Below, one piece after another: positions 50,903 through 60,607 of a stretch of 64,000 nt of DNA; the first letter of the stretch is position 1; each line of letters opens with the position of its first letter. This DNA comes from a virus: positions 1 to 64,000 of the IMG/VR virus record IMGVR_UViG_3300025647_000026, one strand, 5' to 3'. Position numbers and translations under genes: made by a program. The notes under the pieces were generated by a model. The model had not been told where the DNA came from, ran no database searches, and worked only from the letters and a program-made list of their open reading frames with translations.

Positions 50903-51097
50903 TTATTTAATTCCAAATAGGTTTTTAATATTGTTTAGCATATCGTCTGATGAGAAATCAGGCTCTGTAATATCTTCTATGCTAATGAAATTTAGCCTGT
51001 CATTTATTTGACGTTTAGCATCTTCAATGCTATATGCTCTTACTTTTGTACTCATTTTCCTTCCGTAAAATTCAAAGCGCAATATGTAATCTTTCAT
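50903..51097 (-). CDS. Hypothetical protein
   Basis: Leaderless behind TTTAACTTG-N19-TACTTTTG (51102-51137). Confidence 0.6.
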   Translation of the reverse strand: MKDYILRFEFYGRKMSTKVRAYSIEDAKRQINDRLNFISIEDITEPDFSSDDMLNNIKNLFGIK

Positions 51098-51233
51098 TAT
51101 ACAAAAGTAGTGATATTTAGCTAAATAACAAGTTAAATTAATTTAATACAATTATACTATTAGGTATTATACCTTTGTGGTATGGAAATAATAATTGACA
51201 ATACCTTGTTTACTGTAACCAAAAAGAAGAATT

Positions 51234-51451
51234 ATGGAAGCCACTTTAAAATTTAACCTGCCGAAGAAGCAACAGAACACCTTCGTTGCGTAAAAGCTGA
51301 TAGTATATATATGTGCTTATGGGAATTTGACCAATATTTAAGGGAGCAAATTAAGTACCACGAGAAGAATGAACTGCAAGTTGTGAGGGATAGGCTGTCG
51401 GAAATAATGTTCGAGAATGGCGTTGGGTTTAATGAGTTGGCGGTGGGATAG
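51234..51451 (+). pseudogene. Frameshifted small phage gene
   Basis: MEATLKFNLP joins EEATEHLRCVKADSIYMCLWEFDQYLREQIKY... if one base is added near 51262. Confidence 0.55.
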
Positions 51452-51549
51452 TAAAAACATTATGTTAAGTAGAAAAATAAATAAAATAAAACTTGCACAT
51501 ATAACAACCGTTTAATATATTTGCACTCGTACTAAACGTATTTATTTAA

Positions 51550-52293
51550 ATGGAACATTCAATAATAACAAATCAAGAACTAGGACACGCTTACTTTTAT
51601 TGGGAAAGCAAACACGGAAGATTATTTTTAGCAAAGCAAATTATGTTTGAACTTGGCTATAAAGGAGTGGGAGATACTTTAAGAAGTTATGAATTAATAG
51701 ATGGGCATGATTTCATAAAATTCACTAAGAAAAACGACCCTTTTCTGTTTAAAGAACTGTTTGATTTGAAATCAATCGGTCAAAGAGCTTCTGAGATAAT
51801 TATGCTAACAGAAAGTGGTTTTTGGAAGTTATTAATGCAAAGCAGAAAATCTGTTGGTGTAAAAACAAGACATTGGTTAGCAAGTGAGGTTTTGCCATCT
51901 ATAAGAAAAACGGGAGTTTATTCAATAGCGAATAATAGCCCATTAGCTATATTTACAGAAAGAGGAAAGCAACTAGAACTAAGTAAGGCAGTAAACGCTC
52001 AAATAGGAAAAACAACAGAGGAGTATTCTAAGTTTTGGAACGACTTACATAAAATGGTTGTAGGGTTAGATGCGAAAGGAATTAAGAACTTATATCAAAG
52101 TAAAACATCTGCAAAAGAAGTTCTTAGGAAACATTTGCCGCATTTAGAAGCAACGGAAGCTGTTATAGAGGATATTTGGAAACAAGGAGTTGGATTAGAA
52201 AAAATAAAAGATTCTAATTTACATAAATCTTTAGCACACTCTTTTAACGCTATATTATCATTAGGAATTGATTTAAAAAATTTAGGTAAATAA
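51550..52293 (+). CDS. Bro-N domain antirepressor-like protein
   Basis: MLTESGFWKL...RHWLASEVLPSIRKTGVY; canonical TTG-N20-TATATTTG promoter upstream. Confidence 0.85.
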   Translation: MEHSIITNQELGHAYFYWESKHGRLFLAKQIMFELGYKGVGDTLRSYELIDGHDFIKFTKKNDPFLFKELFDLKSIGQRASEIIMLTESGFWKLLMQSRKSVGVKTRHWLASEVLPSIRKTGVYSIANNSPLAIFTERGKQLELSKAVNAQIGKTTEEYSKFWNDLHKMVVGLDAKGIKNLYQSKTSAKEVLRKHLPHLEATEAVIEDIWKQGVGLEKIKDSNLHKSLAHSFNAILSLGIDLKNLGK

Positions 52294-52295
52294 TT

Positions 52296-53129
52296 ATGGC
52301 TATATTTAGAAAAATACATACGTCATTTTGGAGCGACACATTTGTTTCTGAATTAACAGAAAAGGAAAAGCTGTTTTATTTATACATTTTAACCAATGAA
52401 AGAACTACCCAATTAGGAGTATATGAAATAAGTAAAAAACAAATTTGCTTTGACTTATCATACAGTATCGATTTAGTATCTATGCTAATAAAAAAGTTCG
52501 AAAAATGGAATAAAATCAAGTACAATAATACCACTAATGAAATTTCTGTGAAAAATTGGGATAAGTATAATTTAAACCCATCATCAAAGGTTCAAGTACT
52601 TGTAAACAAAGAGATTGCTAAAGTAAAAGACAAAGCCTTGATACAGTATAAATACAGTAGCGATACAGTATCAATACATAATCCACAAGAAGAAGAAGAA
52701 GAAGAAGAAGAAACTAAGGAGAAGGAGATAGGCGGTTCTATCGAACCTGCCCTCCCACCTCTAACTTTAGAATTAGAAGCTACTACCCTACCCGCACCAC
52801 CAAGAGAGGAATCGGAACATAAACTGATAATTCACATTAAATCTAATTACCCAACGGTAGCGAGGTTGGCGCAAATGACGAATAAGCAAGCAGAAGAGTT
52901 GGTTGCTACCTACAAAAGAGAATCTATTTCTAAAAAACTAGGGGCTATGGAAAACAAAAAATCACTATTAAAGGACTATAAATCATGCTTTTTAACCCTT
53001 AAAAATTGGTTGGATATGGATGATAATTCAAGATTAGTAAAACAGATTACTACTGGTGAAACCGAATCAGAAAAAAGAGCAAGGGAAATTAAAGAGCGAG
53101 AGGACTCTTGGAAAAAAAGGAATATATGA
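52296..53129 (+). CDS. Phage replication initiator protein
   Basis: MAIFRKIHTSFWSD...EKLFYLYILTN wHTH-type N-terminus; internal iterons; upstream of the helicase. Confidence 0.75.
   Translation: MAIFRKIHTSFWSDTFVSELTEKEKLFYLYILTNERTTQLGVYEISKKQICFDLSYSIDLVSMLIKKFEKWNKIKYNNTTNEISVKNWDKYNLNPSSKVQVLVNKEIAKVKDKALIQYKYSSDTVSIHNPQEEEEEEEETKEKEIGGSIEPALPPLTLELEATTLPAPPREESEHKLIIHIKSNYPTVARLAQMTNKQAEELVATYKRESISKKLGAMENKKSLLKDYKSCFLTLKNWLDMDDNSRLVKQITTGETESEKRAREIKEREDSWKKRNI
52641..52681 (+). repeat. Iteron array (ATACAGTA at 11-bp spacing), candidate origin
   Basis: Copies at 52641, 52652 and 52663, a degenerate copy at 52674, and another at 52460. Confidence 0.65.
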
Positions 53130-54085
53130 ACGCAACAGTAATTAACTATAACGAAAAAAACAACGAGTTTTTAAATTACCACGAAACGGGCGGGGCGGGA
53201 TTAAATTATACGGGTTTTGAAAGCCTAGTAGGTACATTCCAATTCGCTCACGATGGGGTTACAGACCTTACGGGGGCGGGTGGCTCGGGCAAAACTGAGT
53301 TCGCATTAGAGCTTTTATTTTACCAATCCGAGAAGTTTGGATTTAGGCATTTGCTTTACGTCCCTGATATTGGAAGTTATAAAGAAATTCGCAGAAAACT
53401 AATGGTTAAACATTATAAAAAATCTTTTAGGGGATATTCTAATTCAATACAACAACACGAATTAATATCTGCATCAGCTTGGATTGACCACCATTTTTTA
53501 ATAATTGGCAAAAAAGATTTCAAAAAACCACTTACCCCTCAAATGATTTGGGAATTTGCTTCTGAATATAAAGATGATAGTGGAAGTATTCAAACATGTT
53601 TTATTGATTCTTGGAAAAATCTTTATCACCCAATTAGGGATTATGGTAGAGAAGACCAATATAACGATTATGTTTTAAGTTTTAGAAATGAATTAGCAGA
53701 AGCATCTTGTAAACATTTTATGACTATTGCTCATGCTATTAAAACAGAAAGAGAAAAAACAGGAGAAGATGATAAAAGCAAAAGAAGAATCCCTGATGCT
53801 GATGATATTAAGGGTGGTGGTTGGCTCGCAAATGGCAAAACAATTATAACAATTGACCGACCAAATAAAGAATACGAGGATTTTGATGTGTACTTTAGTA
53901 AAGTTAAGCCAGACACAATCGGTACTGCAAAACCTATAATAGGTAAATTTGGGTTTAATTGGCGAAGAAGCAGAACTTACGAAACAATTGAAGGGCAAAT
54001 GTATTATGCAGGAGAAGCTCAAAATAGAGAGCAAAAAGAAACAGGTTTTAGATTTGAACTAAACGAAGATAAATTAGATTTTTAA
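53126..54085 (+). CDS. DnaB/RecA-family (SF4-like) replicative helicase
   Basis: Walker A LTGAGGSGKTEF; Walker B FIDSW; AH and IKGGG motifs. Confidence 0.75.
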   Translation: MNATVINYNEKNNEFLNYHETGGAGLNYTGFESLVGTFQFAHDGVTDLTGAGGSGKTEFALELLFYQSEKFGFRHLLYVPDIGSYKEIRRKLMVKHYKKSFRGYSNSIQQHELISASAWIDHHFLIIGKKDFKKPLTPQMIWEFASEYKDDSGSIQTCFIDSWKNLYHPIRDYGREDQYNDYVLSFRNELAEASCKHFMTIAHAIKTEREKTGEDDKSKRRIPDADDIKGGGWLANGKTIITIDRPNKEYEDFDVYFSKVKPDTIGTAKPIIGKFGFNWRRSRTYETIEGQMYYAGEAQNREQKETGFRFELNEDKLDF

Positions 54086-55740
54086 TGATGGACGAGGAAT
54101 TAAAAGCATTTTTTGCGAAAGATGCTGAGATAAACAAAATAAGAACCGAAGACTACAAGAAACTTCGTAAAATCATGGACGAATATTGTGGATTTACAAA
54201 TTTATCTACACAATCAGAACCTTGTTGGGTTAATTTATGGGCTATTTCTTTGTTTATAGAGAACTTTGAAGACAAAGCTATACTAGCGGAAGGAAAGTCA
54301 AAAGATAATGCCTTAAAACACCTTAAAACGCTTTATGAAATTCAACAACAATATGGCAAATTTTATTTCGAGTCAATAATCTACCGAGAAAAGGTAACTA
54401 CACTTGAAAAAAATCAATTTAGGTTTATTGAAAAAATAAAAGAACTTCAAAAGGAAAATGCAACACTAAAACAACAATTAAACTTTTAAACCAAACAAAA
54501 ATCATGAAAAATAAAGTAAAAAGAGAAGCACCAATTACAAAACTAGAAATTAGTAAGTTAAGTGCAGAAGAAAAAGAAAAAATGCTAATGAACGTAAGAG
54601 TAGCTTTAGTAGGCTTCCATGCCACCTTAAAGGCATCAAAACATTTAGCGGATTTTATTGAGTATCATAGGTTTATGCTTAATCCTAAAACAGTAAAGCT
54701 AATTAAAGATGCTTTTATTGAACAAGATTACTTGTGTACAATTTTAGACAAGGCATTTGACGAAAGTAAAGACTTAGACGCTCAGCACAAAGAAAATCAA
54801 CAAGAAGCTAGCTATGAAATACTAGAATCTATTGAAGAAAAGTGTAAAGAGTACCTTCAAAATGAGATGGGATTTAGAATTGTAAAGGAGGTAATTGGAT
54901 AATGAAAAGCAGCGTAGAACAAAATAATATATATTTACTAGATAAATTAGTAAAAGTAACTATCTGTGATGCAGAAGTTGAGCGATTATATTGCTCAAAG
55001 AAAGAAATAAAGATTTTTGGAATAGTTTTTCGAAAAGAAGGCGTGTATTGGCGTTATCTTTCTCATAATTTTATTAGCGAAGGTGCGCCCGAAAACTGTT
55101 TTATTGACGGTGAAAATATTTATTACAATCCAAGAGTTAAGTTAGATTTTGGCAATAGAGTTACTGCTACGATGTATTTTGAAAGCATTGTAGCCTGTCA
55201 TAATTATGTAGCTTTTATTACAAAAGGTAAAAATATAGTTACGACCATATAAAAAAAACAAAGAATTGTGGCGGATAAATGCTAATTTAGCTGCCACAAT
55301 TCTTAAATAAAACAACAAAAACATGAACATTAGACACATAATAATAAAAACCTACGACAACAAGTACGAATATTTCCTTGAAAAAGAAGAATTTAACTAC
55401 GAATTTCGAGAAGAAACTAACGGAAAAGTAACCCACAAGGAATATAGAAGCAGTAATGCTGAAGCAATAGAACTCTTTGACGAATATATTCTAGCAGTAA
55501 AAGGAGCATTAGTAAGCATGGAAGTAAACTTCAAACAAACTGATTAGTAGTATGAAAATAACAATTCACCAACAAGGGAACTACGAAACAAGCGATGGAT
55601 ACGACCTAACTATAACAGAAATATGGTACGGAAAAGACGAAAGAATAGACTTTGAAGTACGAGGAAAGCTATATTCCAGAACCAGAGAACAGTTTGAACA
55701 AGCTTTAAGAGATAAGAAAATAGTAAAAATACCGAATTAA
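54085..55740 (+). other. Five hypothetical genes (54085-54489, 54504-54902, 54902-55252, 55323-55547, 55552-55740)
   Basis: Coupled co-oriented ORFs after the helicase. Confidence 0.65.
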
Positions 55741-55802
55741 TAAAATTTAATTAGTTATTCTACTTTGCATTTTTAACTTTGTGAAACCAAAACGAACAAA
55801 TT

Positions 55803-56510
55803 ATGACACAGAATACAACACAAAATACAACACAAAATACTAATAAGTATGTTAGTTATTTTAGGGTTTCGACCCAAGAACAAGGAAGAAGTGGTCTAGG
55901 ACTTGAGGCTCAAGAACAAATGGTAAAAAGAATTACCGACAATGGTATAGTTCTATCTACTTTTACTGAAATAGAATCAGGTAAAAAGGCAAATAGACCT
56001 AAGTTACTAGAAGCTATTGCCTTGTGTAAAGCAAATAATGCTACCCTTATTGTTGCTAAATTAGACAGGTTATCTCGTAACGTACACTTCATTAGTACAC
56101 TTATGGAAAGCAAGGTTAAGTTTATTTGTAGTGATATGCCAGAGTGTGATAGCTTCACTATAAATTTATTTGCAGCTATGGCACAGAGAGAAAGAGAAAT
56201 GATTTCCGAAAGAACCTCTAAAGCATTACAAGTAATAAAAGCTAGAATAGCAGCAGATGGCGAATACACTACTAAAGCAGGTAAAATAATATCTACACTA
56301 GGTAATGGCACATTACAAAATAAAGAAACCGCCAAAAAACAAATGGCTTACGTAGCATCTCATAGGGTATACGAAAAGAAATCAAACATAGGGTTTACTC
56401 TTGTCCAATCGCTTTCTCAAAACGGTATTCCTAAAAAAGAAATCAAACAAAGACTTGCCGATAACGGTATCATCGTATCATTACAAACAGTATACAAATA
56501 CGCAAAATAA
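55803..56510 (+). CDS. Small serine recombinase (resolvase/invertase family)
   Basis: YFRVST catalytic Ser; ESG...RP.L; VAKLDRLSRN; ERE.ISERT; N-terminal (TQNT)x3 tandem repeat. Confidence 0.9.
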   Translation: MTQNTTQNTTQNTNKYVSYFRVSTQEQGRSGLGLEAQEQMVKRITDNGIVLSTFTEIESGKKANRPKLLEAIALCKANNATLIVAKLDRLSRNVHFISTLMESKVKFICSDMPECDSFTINLFAAMAQREREMISERTSKALQVIKARIAADGEYTTKAGKIISTLGNGTLQNKETAKKQMAYVASHRVYEKKSNIGFTLVQSLSQNGIPKKEIKQRLADNGIIVSLQTVYKYAK

Positions 56511-56511
56511 A

Positions 56512-58574
56512 ATGAAAACAGTAATAAAAGTAATAGTAACCTTGTCAATTCTTTGGTTTTTATTTTTAGCCACTGATTCCTTAGCTAACGGGAATCATCA
56601 AGATGTATTTAACTATGCAATTTTAGCAATTTTAACAAATATTCAATATTTACTAATAACAAAAAAATGAAAACAGAAAATTTAGAACAAGCTGCTGAAA
56701 ACTATGCAGAAAAATGGAATGATTTAGAAAATCAATTTAAGCTAAGCAGTTGTTTTATTGCAGGTGCTAAATTCCAGCAAGAACAAGATAAAAAATGTTA
56801 CCATCCAATGACAGAAAGGAAACACACATCAGATGTCCATTTTGAATGTACTATTTGTGGATATAATAATTATTAACCTATAACAACATTAAGAAGAAAT
56901 AAAATGAAAAAAGAAACAATTGAACAAGCTGCTGAAAAATATGCAGAATCTACTCCAGATAACGACCCTGTAAGAATTAATTCATTTATTGCAGGTGCTA
57001 AATTCCAACAAGAAAGAATGCTTGAAACTATGGACGCATTTACCGAAGATGTTATGGGTGGCTGTAATTTACGAGCGAAAGAATGGTTAGAAACTTTTAA
57101 CAAATAAAAATAAATAATATGGTAAGAACAATCAGAGAATGGGAAACAGTGTATTTCCAAGCAGTAAAAAAAGGTTACAACTCAGTAACTATTGAGTTAA
57201 GTTTTAACCACAAAACAAATAAATACACACTATGTACGGCAAACGAAGAGAGTGTATCATTTAAAGATGATTCTATTCAAACTTCTAGAATGAAAATAGA
57301 AGCAATCACAGCAGCAATTAAATATGTAGATAATATCATTAATAAAAAGAAATAAAATTATGAACCAAGAAACACTTGAACAAGCTGCTGAAAGATTATA
57401 TCCTAAATCTTCAATACCAAGAAAACTTTTTACTAAATGTGCGAAATGGCAGCAAGAAACACATCTGGATATTAAAGATAACAAAATAGAATTATTAGAG
57501 GAAGATTTAGAATGTATTAGGATGTATCTAAATGATTTAAAAATACCTAGAACTGATAAAGATGATAAAGAGTATTCTATTGTTGGAAGGATTAAATGGC
57601 AAACAGAAAGAAGTTATAGTGAGGAAGAAGTTTTAGAAATATTATTAAAACATCAATCTGATTATAGAAGTGCTGTAAGAAATACATCTCCTTTAAATTG
57701 GAGTTTTGATATTAATAAATGGTTTGAAACTTTTAAAAAATAATAAAATGAAAACAGCAAAAGAAAAAGCAGCGGAATTAGTAGAGTCAAATTTAAAAGT
57801 TTTGTGTAGCAATCCTGCTGAATATGAACTTGAATTTTTTAAAAGCAGAGCAAAACAATGCGCAATTAATACAGTTGACGAAATTATTAATACTTTGATT
57901 ATTGAACCTATTAGAGTTAATAATAAATATCAAACACCAAATTATTGGCAAGAAGTAAAAGAGGAAATAAATAAATTATGAATTATAAAATAAAAATAAC
58001 CGAAGAGAACCAAGCAATTGTAAAGAGAATTGCAGACGAGAATGGAATGAATCCGAATTTATTTGATTTCAATCCAGAATCTGTTTGCTACGAAATAATG
58101 GAAGAAAAATTCGTGTATCTTGGAACAATTTTAAATAGTGAATTTCGTATTTTAACAACTGAAAAATTTATTGAAATGTTTGATAAGAAGCAAAGCGAAT
58201 GGAAGCCAAAAAGAGGTGAAAGAGTGTTAGTGTGGGATGAAAATGATGACCCCGTAGAACGGTTTTTTATAGATAAAATAGATAATTGCCTTGACGGTAT
58301 AATAATAGTACAACTAGAATACGAAAAAACTTTTTTAAATGGCAATGAGTTTAGGTGCGCAACTTACGAGTACATGAAACAAATACCAAAACCAGAAGCA
58401 ATAGTTGAAACTGATTTTAAAACGAAGGTTGTTGAATTAATTGAAAAAAGAATTGAAATACATAATAAACAAATAGACGACTGCTATAAGGGGAAAGTAG
58501 CATATACAGCTTTAAATCTTGAAATATGCAAGGGGGAATTAGAAGATATTTTAGAACGAATAAAAGAACTATAA
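56512..58574 (+). other. Cluster of small hypothetical genes, including three EQAAE...AKxQQE paralogs
   Basis: ORFs 56512-56670, 56667-56876, 56904-57107, 57119-57355, 57360-57743, 57748-57981, 57978-58574. Confidence 0.65.
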
Positions 58575-58632
58575 CGAGCGAATAGTTATAGATAACGCCC
58601 TTGCGTTAGATAGAATCTATTCCTCCATAAAA

Positions 58633-58670
58633 GAAAAGGGAACTAGCTAACAACTACTTCCCTTTTATTG
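58633..58670 (+). terminator. Intrinsic terminator
   Basis: AAAAGGGAA...TTCCCTTTT followed by ATTGTTT. Confidence 0.6.
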
Positions 58671-58731
58671 TTTATTAATATTAAAGTTAAAATATTGTTG
58701 TAAATCTTAATAAAAACATTATATTTGCAAC

Positions 58732-59496
58732 ATGATACAAGTAGATGCTAACAACCAAGTAGAGGGAAGAGAACTACATAAAGAAGTAGAAGTAAAAACA
58801 AGATACAGAGAATGGGTAAGAAGATGTATAGATTATGCCGACTTAATAGAAGGTAAAGACTATTGTTACGAACTGTGCGCTGGGAATAGAGGTGGTTCAC
58901 CTGCTGTTAACCACACCTTTACATTAGACGCAGCAAAAGAAATATGTATAGTATCAGCTACTCCAAAAGCAAAAGAACTAAGAAGGTGGCTAATAAACCT
59001 ATCTAACAAAGTAGAAAACGGAGAACTATTCTCTCCAGAACAAATAATCTACATGACTAAACTCAAAGAAGTATTCAAATACATTGACCTATGTAGAGAG
59101 CAAGAGAAAAACCATTTAGAAACATTCAAAACAAATAACCCTAAATCTTACAACATATACGCAGAGTTTCATACTATGAGAAATAATGCCTTAAACATAC
59201 ACCCTAACACAATAGACCAACGTATCAAAGAATGGTGTATAGAAAACAATAAAGCTACAACTAAAAGTAATATGTCTAAAACAGACAAACTACTACTATT
59301 AGACAAGTATGAAGTGCTTAGAAACGGTGTATGGGATTTCCTTAAAGCAAAGGAATCTAAATGGGCAGATAACGTAGCAAACCTCGTAAAAGCAATGGCT
59401 AAAACAGAAAGTATAGAAATGTATCGCAATAACAATGATTCGCTATTCCGTTCACAGCAAGTATTGCCCAATGTAAGTACTAACATATTAAGCTAA
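58732..59496 (+). CDS. AntA/AntB-type antirepressor domain protein
   Basis: VEGRELHKEVEVKTRYREWVRR.I....EGKDY...TLDAAKEI; leaderless behind TTG-N19-TATATTTG. Confidence 0.8.
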   Translation: MIQVDANNQVEGRELHKEVEVKTRYREWVRRCIDYADLIEGKDYCYELCAGNRGGSPAVNHTFTLDAAKEICIVSATPKAKELRRWLINLSNKVENGELFSPEQIIYMTKLKEVFKYIDLCREQEKNHLETFKTNNPKSYNIYAEFHTMRNNALNIHPNTIDQRIKEWCIENNKATTKSNMSKTDKLLLLDKYEVLRNGVWDFLKAKESKWADNVANLVKAMAKTESIEMYRNNNDSLFRSQQVLPNVSTNILS

Positions 59497-60076
59497 GGAG
59501 ATGGTTGGAGAGGATTGTGTTCAGAGAGGGGTGTTAAACGATGGTGATGTTAGAAAAAATATATGGGAGTATAAGTCAATAGTCATACGCACTCATTTGA
59601 CTTCTGCGCTCCTACAAAAAAACACCCGCACCCCTTATAAACCACTGCACACCAATTTTTTAAATATATATGTAAGCAACAACAAGCATATAAATTTATT
59701 AAAATTAAAATATAAAAATCTATCATTCAACATTTTAAACCATGCTAAACGTTCAATGTACAAGGTTTAAGGCTTACACTGTTAGCATTAAAATAAACCT
59801 TGTAAAACCCAACAAATAGGCTTAATGAATACCAATACATTACAAAAACAATGCAAAAATATAACTGCTTAATAATCAAATGCAAAGGCAACTTCACTCA
59901 CGGGCTGAAGACAACTTTCCCAAGGGGTAAATTTTTAGGGGTTATTTTTAACAGTTTTCAATGTAAAAATGAATAATCACCTCCATAAATAACAGTTCAA
60001 ACCTCCAATTTTCATAGTACTATATTATTACCTACTTTTAAGCCTATCTAATTAACTAACTAATTAACTTCAATCA

Positions 60077-60328
60077 ATGGATAAAAAACAACAAATAAAC
60101 TACTCAAATCAAATATTTGCCTTATTCGTTCAAGACTTATGCAATACTAATAATATTACTATCTATAAACTAGCTAAGGAAACTAAAATTAACAAATCTT
60201 TTTTTTACAATAAAATAAATAACTACTCTTTGCATTACGTTACTTTGCCAACTATCATAATAATCTGTAATACTTTTAATTTTGCTTTTGACATACCTAA
60301 ATATATTAAACAACTCGAATCAAAATAG
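60077..60328 (+). CDS. XRE-family HTH regulator
   Basis: ITIYKLAKETKINKSFFYN...VTLPTIIIICNTF. Confidence 0.6.
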   Translation: MDKKQQINYSNQIFALFVQDLCNTNNITIYKLAKETKINKSFFYNKINNYSLHYVTLPTIIIICNTFNFAFDIPKYIKQLESK

Positions 60329-60607
60329 TTTCTTTCCTCCTTACATTCTTTGTCTTTTGCCCTATCATTTTTATATAACATGTAGTTTCTTTTTTGTGGT
60401 TTATTTTCTTTATTTTAAAAACAAAATAAAGCCAAATAAACACACGTTTTAGCATAGAATCATTCTAAATAACATTTATTTTAAGCCTTTTTGCATTTTA
60501 ATTGATTGATTACTAACCATTAATTCATTTTAATTCTATTTATATTGTAGTTTAATACGCTTGGTTGTTCCTTTGCCTCATCAAATAACAACTAAACAAA
60601 TTTAATT

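Noticed and set aside
59501-59770. 89-aa ORF
   Set aside because: Atypical composition; it spans the skew-flip region and is probably not coding
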